Below are positions 17,784 to 26,574 of a stretch of 32,000 nucleotides of DNA, in pieces. Source of the stretch: Dickeya solani IPO 2222. GTDB lineage: Bacteria; Pseudomonadota; Gammaproteobacteria; Enterobacterales; Enterobacteriaceae. Position 1 is the first letter of the stretch. Every line of letters starts with the position of its first letter. Made by a program: the position numbers and the translations under genes. The notes under the pieces are model-generated. The model saw only the letters and a list, made by a program, of their open reading frames with translations. It did not search any database and was not told the DNA's origin. The stretch is taken from the NCBI RefSeq assembly GCF_001644705.1, contig NZ_CP015137.1:3600001-3632000 (forward strand), read 5' to 3'.

Positions 17784-17824
17784 CCGCACATCGTTCTCGT
17801 ATTTCTTATCTTCGGTTGGCAGAG

Positions 17825-18745
17825 ATGACAGGTCACGATCGGATCAGTATCGCGTTGGCTACCTATAACGGTGGCCGTTATGTCAGACAGCAGTTGGATT
17901 CCATCCAGCATCAGACGCATCAGAACTTTATCATCCATGTGTGCGACGACGGTTCCAGGGATAACACGCTGGATGTGATCCGGAGCCATGAGCTCTATCA
18001 GCAGGGTAAAGTCCGCCTTTATCCCGGTAAAGGCGGGCTGGGCGCGATGAAAAACTTCCGCCGCACCATTGCCTGCTGTGAAGACGACTATATCGCCTTG
18101 TGCGATCAGGATGATTATTGGGTTCCGGAAAAGCTGGAGCGGCTGCTGAACGAGGTCAACGCTCATGAGCAAGGCGGGGCGACGCCGGTGCTGGCGTTTT
18201 CCGATCTGGAGATCGTGGATGCGGTGCTGGGGCCGCTGTATCCTTCCTTCTATCGTGCGTCGATCAAGTCCTCGGCGGCCAGCCAGCCGGAAGACTTTGT
18301 GGTCAGCAATCATATTCCCGGCTGCGCCATGCTGTTCAATCGCGCTTTGAAACAGCTGATGGAACCGATGCCGGACGACATTCGCATGCATGACTGGTGG
18401 ATTGCGATGATCGCCGCTCACAGCGGGAAGATAGCCTATGTGGATATGCCGCTGATCAAGTATCGCCAGCACGGCAATAATACCGTCGGCGTGCCCGGTA
18501 TCCTGAGAAAACGCCTGCTGCCGGACAGCCTGCTGTGCCTCAGAGGCTACCCCACGGGTCACAAGCACAGCCGCATGATGTTGACCGCGTTGAAAAATTT
18601 TTGCCAGCGGCACCAGTCTGACAACACCGATTTTCTACGAGTGATTCGCGGAGAAGCGGGGATGCTGAGTAAGCTGTCGTTGATGCGGCGCGCCCGTAAC
18701 GGCGAGCGGAAACTGCTGAGTTGTGCAATCTGGTGGATGGTATGA
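17825..18745 (+). CDS. GT2-family glycosyltransferase (rhamnosyltransferase-like)
   Basis: The start at ATG 17825 (MTGHDRISIALATYNGGRY) puts the GT-A beta1 strand at the N-terminus. The product has CDDGSRDNT and a DXD-type CDQDDYW motif. The TTG at 17741 in the ORF track would read through the ERIC-like repeat. Confidence 0.7.
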   Translation: MTGHDRISIALATYNGGRYVRQQLDSIQHQTHQNFIIHVCDDGSRDNTLDVIRSHELYQQGKVRLYPGKGGLGAMKNFRRTIACCEDDYIALCDQDDYWVPEKLERLLNEVNAHEQGGATPVLAFSDLEIVDAVLGPLYPSFYRASIKSSAASQPEDFVVSNHIPGCAMLFNRALKQLMEPMPDDIRMHDWWIAMIAAHSGKIAYVDMPLIKYRQHGNNTVGVPGILRKRLLPDSLLCLRGYPTGHKHSRMMLTALKNFCQRHQSDNTDFLRVIRGEAGMLSKLSLMRRARNGERKLLSCAIWWMV

Positions 18746-20013
18746 GTGACAAAAAGGCAATAAAGCGCGAGGTTATCTATCTCTACATCATCCAGATTTC
18801 CAATATGCTGCTGCCGCTGGCGACCTTTCCCTATCTCGCCAGAGTGCTGGGCGCGGAGTTTTTTGGCAAACTCAGTTACGCCCAGTCCATCAGCTTTATC
18901 GCGTTGTTTATTGTCGATTTTGGCTTTAACTTCTCGGCCGCCAGAAAAGTCAGCGCGCATGCTGGCGACATGGCGGCCATCAATGCCCTGTACTCGAATG
19001 TGCAATGCGCCAAAACATTGCTGTTTTTGGTGGTGATGGCGGCGGGGACGGTGGTCGACCTGCTGACGGCCCAGTCGAAGATAGACGGTATCTTGTTCTT
19101 CATCGGTCTGGCGTCCTCGCTGAGTTCATTGCTGTCCGCCGCCTGGCTGTTTCAGGGGTTGGGGAAGAACTCGCATCTGGCTATCCTGAATCTGGTGTTC
19201 CGCGCGCTGGCGCTGGGCCTGATCTTCTGGTTGGTCAGCTCGCCGACGGATATTTATCTGGCGGCGGCGATTCAGCTGTTCCCGCCGGTATTGGTTGGGT
19301 TGGTGATTCAGTGTCAGTTGAAACGCCGCGAATCGGTGAGCTGGCAGCTCTCCGGCGTAGACCGGCATACGGTGGCCGACGAAATACGGGAGAGTTTTCA
19401 CAACTTTTCCGCGTCATTGTTCACGCTGGGTTTTACTTATCTGAATCCGGTGGTGATCAAGTTTATGTTCGGTGACGCCACGCTGGGTCATTACGCGGTG
19501 GCGGACCGGCTGGCATCGGTGCTGCGCCAGTTGTATAACCCGATCGTGCAAGGCAATTTTAGCCACATCTGTAGCCTCTACAACCGTTTGGAGTACGCGG
19601 CTATTCGGGCCCGGCTAATGAAAGTCATGATGATGTTTTCTTTGCTCACCGCCAGCGCCTTTCTGGGTAATTTGCTGGTGGGGACGCCGATGATCCACTG
19701 GGTCTTCGGCAAGGAATACGATATCGGGCATTTGCTGACTATCATGATCGTTACCCAGTTTGTGATCTCGCTGTCGATTATTCTGGTTAATCTGATCATT
19801 ATTCCAGCCGGACTGAGCATCTACCTGAAGCGGGTCTATTTCATCGGCCTGTTGTGCCATTTTTCCTATCTGTTTTTCTTTGCCCAATGGTGGGGCGTAT
19901 ATGGGGTCGCGATTGCGGTGAGCGCGACCGAATTCATCATCACGGTGGTGTTCTTTTTTATGGTGATGAAAAAGAACATTCTGGGTAACCGGATGGTAGG
20001 GATGCCCCAATAA
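18742..20013 (+). CDS. wzx: Wzx-type oligosaccharide flippase (MOP superfamily, Polysacc_synt)
   Basis: The 423-aa product is hydrophobic throughout, with about 12 predicted TM stretches by eye. Its N-terminus IIQISNMLLPLATFPYLARVLGAEFFGKLSYAQS is typical of Wzx/RfbX. ATG 18742 forms an ATGA overlap with the upstream stop. Confidence 0.8.
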   Translation: MSDKKAIKREVIYLYIIQISNMLLPLATFPYLARVLGAEFFGKLSYAQSISFIALFIVDFGFNFSAARKVSAHAGDMAAINALYSNVQCAKTLLFLVVMAAGTVVDLLTAQSKIDGILFFIGLASSLSSLLSAAWLFQGLGKNSHLAILNLVFRALALGLIFWLVSSPTDIYLAAAIQLFPPVLVGLVIQCQLKRRESVSWQLSGVDRHTVADEIRESFHNFSASLFTLGFTYLNPVVIKFMFGDATLGHYAVADRLASVLRQLYNPIVQGNFSHICSLYNRLEYAAIRARLMKVMMMFSLLTASAFLGNLLVGTPMIHWVFGKEYDIGHLLTIMIVTQFVISLSIILVNLIIIPAGLSIYLKRVYFIGLLCHFSYLFFFAQWWGVYGVAIAVSATEFIITVVFFFMVMKKNILGNRMVGMPQ

Positions 20014-20142
20014 ATAACTGCTCCAATAAAATAGCGGCTCCAATGAAATAATTGCGCGCCAGCATTTAATGATGAAATACCGACATGCTGTACATCTGAA
20101 TGGAGTCGTCATTGCAATTCTGTTTTGCCAGGAGAGAGAGTC

Positions 20143-20979
20143 ATGATTAAAAATGCAATTCTGGTGGTGTTGTACAATAAGGGACTGGAGTCGTCTACAA
20201 CCCTGCAGACGCTGATTCAGCATCCGTTTAAATCTATCAAGTTGACCATTCATAATAATGGTCCTTTCCGTATCTCCGAAGAAGATAGTTTTTTTCTGCG
20301 GCTGAAAACGATTTATGAACAGGTGGAGTTGGTGAATTGTCTGGAAAACCAGCCATTGAGCCAGGTATATAATCGGTTTATCGCCAATAACCTACAGGTG
20401 GAGCGATGGGTCATTCTGGATGATGACACCACCATTAATGAGTCATTCTGGTTTGCGGTGGAGCATACCCAGGCGGATATTGAATGCCCGCGGATTATTT
20501 CCAGCATTAATTACAAAACCTATTACCCGGTATCAAAAGGGGAAATTGTACTGAGTTATCAGGACCTGGATCCGGCGACGGCCTTTTCCATCGGCTCAGG
20601 GCTGATTATCCACCGCCGGTTATGGGATATCTTCGAACGGCGCGGCCTGTCGCTGTTTGATGAAAACTACGCGCTGTACGGTGTGGATGTCAGCGTATTC
20701 CGCCGTATACATCGTCTGAGCGCATCCGGTGAAAAATTTGTGCTGAGAAGCAGTTGTTATCTGGAGCATGGGCTATCCCGTTCGGAAAAAACGGAAAGCG
20801 AATTCAGAATAGCAGAAAATCTGATCGACCTGGCTATTTCAGCTCGCCGTTATCCCCAGTTTCACTTGTATTACCATCTTGGCTGGCGGCTGTTAAAACA
20901 GTTTGTTCGATTGCGGTTTAAAACCGTCATGGTTACCACGCAGGCTTTTTTTCGCGGTAAGCATCCTCGCTGTAATTAA
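20143..20979 (+). CDS. Putative GT2-like glycosyltransferase
   Basis: GGAGAGAGAG lies upstream of ATG 20143. The product has AILVVLYNK (beta1), ILDDDT (DXD-like) and GSGLIIHRRLW...FDENYALYGVDVSVFRR, which resembles rhamnosyltransferase-type GT-A proteins. The gene is visibly AT-richer than its neighbours. Confidence 0.55.
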   Translation: MIKNAILVVLYNKGLESSTTLQTLIQHPFKSIKLTIHNNGPFRISEEDSFFLRLKTIYEQVELVNCLENQPLSQVYNRFIANNLQVERWVILDDDTTINESFWFAVEHTQADIECPRIISSINYKTYYPVSKGEIVLSYQDLDPATAFSIGSGLIIHRRLWDIFERRGLSLFDENYALYGVDVSVFRRIHRLSASGEKFVLRSSCYLEHGLSRSEKTESEFRIAENLIDLAISARRYPQFHLYYHLGWRLLKQFVRLRFKTVMVTTQAFFRGKHPRCN

Positions 20980-21017
20980 TTTTTTCTGCACGTTTTCTGA
21001 TAAGCCCCTCGCTATCG

Positions 21018-21079
21018 GGTGAGTGCGTATCCGTCATGGCTAGTGCGTATCCGGTAAAGGTGAATACGTATTCGGCAAT
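21018..21079 (+). repeat. Three imperfect tandem ~21-bp repeats
   Basis: The units are ggtgagtgcgtatccgtcat (21018-21037), ggctagtgcgtatccggtaaa (21038-21058) and ggtgaatacgtattcggcaat (21059-21079). Confidence 0.75.
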
Positions 21080-21128
21080 GTTAAAACCTGAGACGGCGGA
21101 CTGAATTTATCTTCGGCTATTGAATGGC

Positions 21129-21200
21129 GATCACGTTAATTACGTTGATCACGGCAATGACGTTAGTCACGTCAATTACGTTGATCGCGTCAATAGCCGC
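21129..21200 (+). repeat. Four imperfect tandem 18-bp repeats (hexamer sub-periodicity) ending 20 bp before the manC start
   Basis: The units are gatcacgttaattacgtt (21129-21146), gatcacggcaatgacgtt (21147-21164), agtcacgtcaattacgtt (21165-21182) and gatcgcgtcaatagccgc (21183-21200). Three of the four units begin with GATC. Confidence 0.85.
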
Positions 21201-21220
21201 CACATTTATCAAGGTGCGAT

Positions 21221-22648
21221 ATGTCTAACGTTATTCCTGTCATTATGGCTGGCGGTAGCGGCAGCCGACTATGGCCGTTGTCGCGTGAGCTGTTTCCCAA
21301 GCAGTTTCTGCCATTAGGCGACGAGAGCAACCGCAGCCTGTTGCAGAATACCCTGGCGCGGTTGCAGGGGCTGTCGTTTCTGGCGCAGCAACGACCACTG
21401 GTGATCTGCAATGAGGAACACCGTTTTCTGGTCGCGGAACAGTTGCGTGAACAGCAGCAACTGGGAGGCAACATCATTCTGGAGCCGGTTGGGCGTAATA
21501 CCGCGCCGGCGATTGCGCTGGCGGCCCATCTGAGCGTCAAGACCGATCCGGACAGCCTGTTGCTGGTGCTGGCCGCCGATCATCTGATCAGGAAAACCGA
21601 TAACTTCCATCAGGCGATCCGCCAGGCGTTGCCCTATGCCCACGACAGTAAGCTGGTGACCTTCGGCATTGTGCCGGAGTGCCCTGAAACCGGTTATGGC
21701 TATATCAAGACGGGCGGCGCGTTGTCCGGCGGCGGTTTCGCGGTAGACGAATTCGTGGAAAAGCCGGATCTGGCGACGGCCGAGCGTTACCTGAAATCCG
21801 GTGCGTATTGCTGGAACAGCGGCATGTTCCTGTTCCGCGCAGCGAAATATCTGGATGAGCTGCAAAAGAACCAGCCGGATATCTACGAGCTGACCCGTGT
21901 GGCGATGGCGCGCAGCCAGCGCGATATGGACTTTATTCGCGTGGAGTCGCGCGCGTTTACCGACTGCCCCGGCGATTCCATCGACTACGCGGTGATGGAG
22001 AAAACCCGCGATGCGGTGGTGATCGCCTTTGACGCCGGCTGGAGCGACGTCGGCTCCTGGTCGTCGCTGTGGGAAGTATCGGAAAAAGATGAACAGGGTA
22101 ACGTGACGGTGGGGGATGTGATTGCGCTGGATAGCCGCAACAACTACGTGTCTTCGTCCTCGTCGCTGGTGGCGACCATCGGCATCGACGACGCCATCAT
22201 CGTCAACACCGGGGATGCGCTGCTGGTGGCCGCCAAAGACCGGGCGCAGGACGTCAAGAAAGTGGTGGAGCGCCTGAAAGCGCAGAACCGGCACCAGTTC
22301 CGCGATCATACCGAGTCGTTCCGCCCCTGGGGCAAGAGCAGCAATATTGATACCGGCGAACACTACCAGGTGAAAAAACTGACGGTGCATCCGGGTCAGG
22401 GGCTGTCGTTGCAACAACATTTCCACCGTGCCGAGCATTGGATCGTGCTGGCGGGCACCGCCAAGGTACAGGTCGATGGCAAGACCTATTTTCTGGCGGA
22501 AAATCAGTCCACCTTTATTCTGCCCGGTGCGGTGCACACGCTGGAAAATCCGGGCTTGATCGACCTCGTGGTGATCGAGGTTCGCTCAGGCCATTATCTG
22601 GAAGAGGACGATATCGTCCGTTTGCATGACCGCTATGGTCGGGTATGA
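21221..22648 (+). CDS. manC: Bifunctional mannose-1-phosphate guanylyltransferase / mannose-6-phosphate isomerase (type II PMI-GMP)
   Basis: The 475-aa product has the N-terminal [23 protein letters not shown] and a C-terminal cupin domain ([20 protein letters not shown]). AAGGTG lies upstream of the ATG. Confidence 0.95.
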   Translation: MSNVIPVIMAGGSGSRLWPLSRELFPKQFLPLGDESNRSLLQNTLARLQGLSFLAQQRPLVICNEEHRFLVAEQLREQQQLGGNIILEPVGRNTAPAIALAAHLSVKTDPDSLLLVLAADHLIRKTDNFHQAIRQALPYAHDSKLVTFGIVPECPETGYGYIKTGGALSGGGFAVDEFVEKPDLATAERYLKSGAYCWNSGMFLFRAAKYLDELQKNQPDIYELTRVAMARSQRDMDFIRVESRAFTDCPGDSIDYAVMEKTRDAVVIAFDAGWSDVGSWSSLWEVSEKDEQGNVTVGDVIALDSRNNYVSSSSSLVATIGIDDAIIVNTGDALLVAAKDRAQDVKKVVERLKAQNRHQFRDHTESFRPWGKSSNIDTGEHYQVKKLTVHPGQGLSLQQHFHRAEHWIVLAGTAKVQVDGKTYFLAENQSTFILPGAVHTLENPGLIDLVVIEVRSGHYLEEDDIVRLHDRYGRV

Positions 22649-22662
22649 AGGGAGAAGGACCG

Positions 22663-24036
22663 ATGCCCGTATTAACCTGTTTTAAAGCCTATGATATTCG
22701 CGGTGAACTGGGAACCGAACTGGATGAAGACATCGCCTACCGTATCGGACGGGCCTACGCCGAGGTGATTCAACCCCAGCGCGTGGTGGTGGGAGGCGAC
22801 GTCCGGCTGACCAGCGAAGCATTGAAACTCGCGCTGGCCGATGGCCTGCGCGACGCCGGGGTGGATGTGTATGACATCGGCCTGTCCGGCACCGAAGAGG
22901 TCTATTTCGCCACCTTCCATTTCGGGATGGACGGTGGGATAGAGGTCACTGCCAGCCACAATCCCATCAATTACAATGGAATGAAGCTGGTGCGCGCCGG
23001 TTCCCAACCCATCAGCGGCGATAGCGGGCTGAAGGATATCCAGCGTCTGGCGGAAGAAAACCGCTTTGCGCCTGCGGACCCGCAGCGCCGTGGGCGCTAT
23101 GAGTCTCTGGCGGTACTGCGGCCGTATGTCGAGCACCTGATGTCGTACATTAATCCACGCAATCTGACGTCGATGAAAATCGTCATCAACAGCGGCAATG
23201 GCGCCGCCGGTCACGTGGTGGACGCGCTGGAAGCGGAGCTGTGCCGCCGTGGCGCGTCGGTGTCCTTTATCAATGTCCACCATCAGCCGGACGGCACGTT
23301 CCCGAACGGCATCCCCAATCCGCTGTTGCCGGAATGCCGGGCAGACACCGCCCGTGCGGTGGTTGAACATCAGGCGGATTTCGGGGTGGCGTTCGACGGC
23401 GATTTTGACCGCTGCTTCCTGTTTGATCACCAGGGGCGTTTTATCGAGGGCTACTACATCGTCGGGCTGCTGGCGGAGTCGTTCCTGAACAAGGCGCCGG
23501 GCTCCACCATTATTCATGACCCACGCCTGACCTGGAATACGGTGGATATCGTTACCGGCAAAGGCGGCAATCCAGTGATGTCGAAAACCGGCCATGCCTT
23601 TATCAAGGAGCGGATGCGCAAGGAAGACGCCATTTACGGCGGTGAAATGAGTGCGCATCACTATTTCCGGTCGTTCGCCTACTGCGATTCCGGCATGATA
23701 CCGTGGCTGCTGGTGGCGGAATTGATCGGGGTGCGCAGGCTTTCGCTGTCGCAACTGGTCAGCGAGCGTATGTTGGCGTATCCCGCCTCCGGCGAGATCA
23801 ACTCCTTGTTGACCGACCCGGCCGCGGCGATTGCCCGTGTGCGCGCCGCCTGGGAGCCGCAGGCGCTGGCGGTGGACGAAACCGACGGCATCAGTCTGAC
23901 GTTTACCGACTGGCGTTTTAATCTGCGCAGTTCCAACACCGAACCGGTGGTTCGGCTCAATGTGGAGTCGCGGCGGAATGCCCGGCTGATGGAGGAAAAA
24001 ACCCGCACGATTCTGGCGCTGTTGCGTCAGTGTTGA
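22663..24036 (+). CDS. manB: Phosphomannomutase
   Basis: The start [14 protein letters not shown] matches the E. coli CpsG N-terminus (..[11 protein letters not shown]). The product has the active-site TASHNP, the Mg site FDGDFDRC and [20 protein letters not shown] lies upstream of ATG 22663. Confidence 0.95.
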   Translation: MPVLTCFKAYDIRGELGTELDEDIAYRIGRAYAEVIQPQRVVVGGDVRLTSEALKLALADGLRDAGVDVYDIGLSGTEEVYFATFHFGMDGGIEVTASHNPINYNGMKLVRAGSQPISGDSGLKDIQRLAEENRFAPADPQRRGRYESLAVLRPYVEHLMSYINPRNLTSMKIVINSGNGAAGHVVDALEAELCRRGASVSFINVHHQPDGTFPNGIPNPLLPECRADTARAVVEHQADFGVAFDGDFDRCFLFDHQGRFIEGYYIVGLLAESFLNKAPGSTIIHDPRLTWNTVDIVTGKGGNPVMSKTGHAFIKERMRKEDAIYGGEMSAHHYFRSFAYCDSGMIPWLLVAELIGVRRLSLSQLVSERMLAYPASGEINSLLTDPAAAIARVRAAWEPQALAVDETDGISLTFTDWRFNLRSSNTEPVVRLNVESRRNARLMEEKTRTILALLRQC

Positions 24037-24141
24037 GGCTTTCTCTGGCACCCTCTGCATGTTTTCAGTGGTTAGCGGGTGCTGAATCAGGGCGGTGGAT
24101 GGTATTATCTCCGCCATTCAAGTCACGTTAAGAGTTCCTGA

Positions 24142-25149
24142 ATGAAATTTCTTGTTACCGGCGCGGCCGGCTTTATCGGCTTCTATACCTGTCAGTCACT
24201 CTGCGCGGCCGGCCATACGGTGGTGGGGATCGACAACCTCAACAGCTATTACGAGGTATCGCTTAAAGAAGCGCGGCTGGCGAAACTGCGTGCGCTGTCC
24301 GGTTTTCATTTTGAGCGGATAGATATTGCGGATAGCCAGGCGATGGCGGCGTTGTTCGCGGCGGAAAAATTCGAGCGCGTTATCCACCTCGCCGCGCAGG
24401 CCGGGGTGCGTTATTCGCTGGAAAACCCGATGGTGTATGCGGAAAGCAACCTGATCGGGCACCTGAATGTGCTGGAAGGGTGCCGTCATAATGGCGTCGG
24501 TCACCTGATTTACGCCTCTTCCAGCTCGGTGTACGGGTTGAACAGCAAAACGCCGTTCGCCACCGCCGACTCGACCGATCACCCGATCTCGCTGTACGCC
24601 GCGACCAAGAAATCCAATGAACTGATGGCGCACTCCTATTCGCACCTGTATGACCTGCCGACCACCGGGCTGCGCTTTTTCACGGTGTATGGACCGTGGG
24701 GGCGCCCGGACATGGCGCTGTTCAAGTTCACCCGTCAGATTCTGGCTGGCGAACCGATCGATATCTACAATCAGGGTGACATGTGGCGTGATTTCACCTA
24801 TGTCACCGACATTGTGGAAGGCATGCTGCGCATGGTGGATCAGATTCCGGGGCGCGACGCCGACTGGACGGTGGAGGGCGGTTCGCCGGCCACCAGCTCC
24901 GCGCCGTACCAGCTCTACAATATCGGTCACGGCAGCCCGGTGCGGCTGATGGATTTTGTGACCGCGCTGGAGTCGGCGCTGGGGCGGGAGGCAGTGAAAA
25001 ACTTCATGCCGATGCAGGCTGGCGACGTTTATCAGACCTATGCCGATACCAGCGACCTGTTCGCTGTGGCAGGCTATCGACCGCAGGTAGGGGTGGAAAA
25101 AGGGGTACAGGCCTTCGTGGACTGGTACCGGGATTTCTATCACGCCTGA
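24142..25149 (+). CDS. uge: NAD-dependent UDP-glucuronate 4-epimerase (UDP-GlcA to UDP-GalA)
   Basis: MKFLVTGAAGFIGF...VVGIDNLNSYYEVSLKEARL closely resembles the Klebsiella Uge / Cap1J-type epimerase N-terminus as I recall it. The product has SSSVYG and YAATKKSNE (YxxxK). The gene is adjacent to ugd. Confidence 0.85.
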   Translation: MKFLVTGAAGFIGFYTCQSLCAAGHTVVGIDNLNSYYEVSLKEARLAKLRALSGFHFERIDIADSQAMAALFAAEKFERVIHLAAQAGVRYSLENPMVYAESNLIGHLNVLEGCRHNGVGHLIYASSSSVYGLNSKTPFATADSTDHPISLYAATKKSNELMAHSYSHLYDLPTTGLRFFTVYGPWGRPDMALFKFTRQILAGEPIDIYNQGDMWRDFTYVTDIVEGMLRMVDQIPGRDADWTVEGGSPATSSAPYQLYNIGHGSPVRLMDFVTALESALGREAVKNFMPMQAGDVYQTYADTSDLFAVAGYRPQVGVEKGVQAFVDWYRDFYHA

Positions 25150-25177
25150 GCGAAATAAAGAGAAATATAGACCCTAA

Positions 25178-25234
25178 ATAATTCGAGTTGCAGGGAAGCC
25201 AACGTACCTGCAACGTGAAGTATGCCGGGTATAG
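25178..25234. repeat. Short (internally deleted) ERIC/IRU-like repeat
   Basis: aataattcgagttgcagggaagccaacgtacctgcaacgtgaagtatgccgggtata joins the ERIC left terminus (aattcgagttgcag) directly to the right terminus (gccaacgca..tgcaac.tgaagtatgacgggtata) as I recall the consensus. gttgcagg and cctgcaac form an 8-bp hairpin. Confidence 0.55.
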
Positions 25235-25324
25235 ACGGCATTACGCAGCGGACGTCTCTGCGGCTTTGCTATTGTTCTGTGACGGGTACAGTGTGTTACC
25301 CCGTAGGATGAATGTGGACAGATG

Positions 25325-26491
25325 ATGAAAATTGCAATTGCGGGTACCGGTTATGTTGGCTTGTCCAACGCCATGCTGCTGGCGCAGCATAATGAAGTGG
25401 TCGCGGTGGATATCGTCGCCGAAAAAGTGGACATGCTCAATAAAGGCATCTCCCCCATCGTGGATAAGGAAATCGAAGCCTATCTGCGCAATCCGGCGCT
25501 GAGTTTTCGCGCCACGCTGGACGCCGAATCCGCCTATCAGGATGCGGAGTTCGTCATTATCGCCACCCCGACGGATTACGATCCGAAAACCAATTACTTC
25601 AATACTCGCTCGGTGGAAGCGGTGATCGGCAAGGTGCTGGAAGTGAATCCGCACGCGGTAATGATCATCAAATCCACCATTCCGGTGGGATATACCGCCC
25701 AGGTCCGCGAGCAGTTTGGCACGGAAAATATCATCTTCTCGCCGGAGTTCCTGCGTGAAGGCCGCGCGCTGTACGACAACCTGTATCCGTCCCGTATCGT
25801 GGTGGGCGAGCGTTCCGAACGCGCCGAGCGTTTTGCCGGCCTGCTGGTGGAAGGCGCCATCAAAACCAATATCCCGGTGCTGTTTACCGGTTTAACCGAA
25901 GCCGAAGCGATCAAACTGTTCGCCAATACCTATCTGGCGATGCGCGTGGCCTACTTTAACGAGCTGGATACCTACGCCCAGACCCTGGGGCTGGACAGCA
26001 AACAGATCATCGAAGGCGTCGGGCTGGACCCGCGTATCGGCCAGCACTACAACAACCCGTCGTTCGGCTATGGCGGCTACTGCCTGCCGAAGGATACCAA
26101 GCAACTGCTGGCTAACTACGAATCGGTGCCGAACAACCTGATTCGGGCGATTGTCGACGCCAACACCACCCGCAAGGATTTCGTCGCCGATTCCGTGCTC
26201 AAACGTAATCCGAAAGTCGTCGGTATCTACCGGCTGGTGATGAAAACCGGGTCCGACAACTTCCGTGCTTCCGCGATTCAGGGGGTCATGAAGCGTATCA
26301 AGGCCAAAGGGGTCGACGTGGTGGTGTATGAGCCGGCGCTGAAAGAGTCGGAGTTCTTCCGTTCCCGCGTGATTCACAGTCTGGATGAGTTCAAACAGAT
26401 GTCTGATGTGATTCTGTCGAACCGAATGGCGCCGGAATTGTCTGATGTAATGGAAAAAGTGTATACCCGCGATCTCTTCGGCGCCGATTAG
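25325..26491 (+). CDS. ugd: UDP-glucose 6-dehydrogenase
   Basis: The product has [29 protein letters not shown] and the catalytic Cys in [15 protein letters not shown]. It is 388 aa from ATG 25325, the length I recall for E. coli Ugd. ATG 25322, one codon upstream, is also possible. Confidence 0.95.
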   Translation: MKIAIAGTGYVGLSNAMLLAQHNEVVAVDIVAEKVDMLNKGISPIVDKEIEAYLRNPALSFRATLDAESAYQDAEFVIIATPTDYDPKTNYFNTRSVEAVIGKVLEVNPHAVMIIKSTIPVGYTAQVREQFGTENIIFSPEFLREGRALYDNLYPSRIVVGERSERAERFAGLLVEGAIKTNIPVLFTGLTEAEAIKLFANTYLAMRVAYFNELDTYAQTLGLDSKQIIEGVGLDPRIGQHYNNPSFGYGGYCLPKDTKQLLANYESVPNNLIRAIVDANTTRKDFVADSVLKRNPKVVGIYRLVMKTGSDNFRASAIQGVMKRIKAKGVDVVVYEPALKESEFFRSRVIHSLDEFKQMSDVILSNRMAPELSDVMEKVYTRDLFGAD

Positions 26492-26574
26492 GTGTATTCT
26501 GGCGCCAGAAAAATTAATGTGACGCGGTCTTTGTCATCGCGGCAAACAGCAGCATGTTTTTGAGAGAACACGAA

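Noticed and set aside
21120-21317. 65-aa + strand ORF across the 18-bp repeat array upstream of manC
   Set aside because: The periodic peptide (NGDHVNYVDHGNDVSHVNYVDRVN) is a translation of the hexamer/18-bp repeat. The ORF runs out of frame into manC and is not a gene.
24037-24141. Hairpin ggcggtggat...atctccgcc between manB and the epimerase gene as a terminator
   Set aside because: The stem is imperfect and bulged and has no following T-tract. It is more likely a neutral intercistronic structure.
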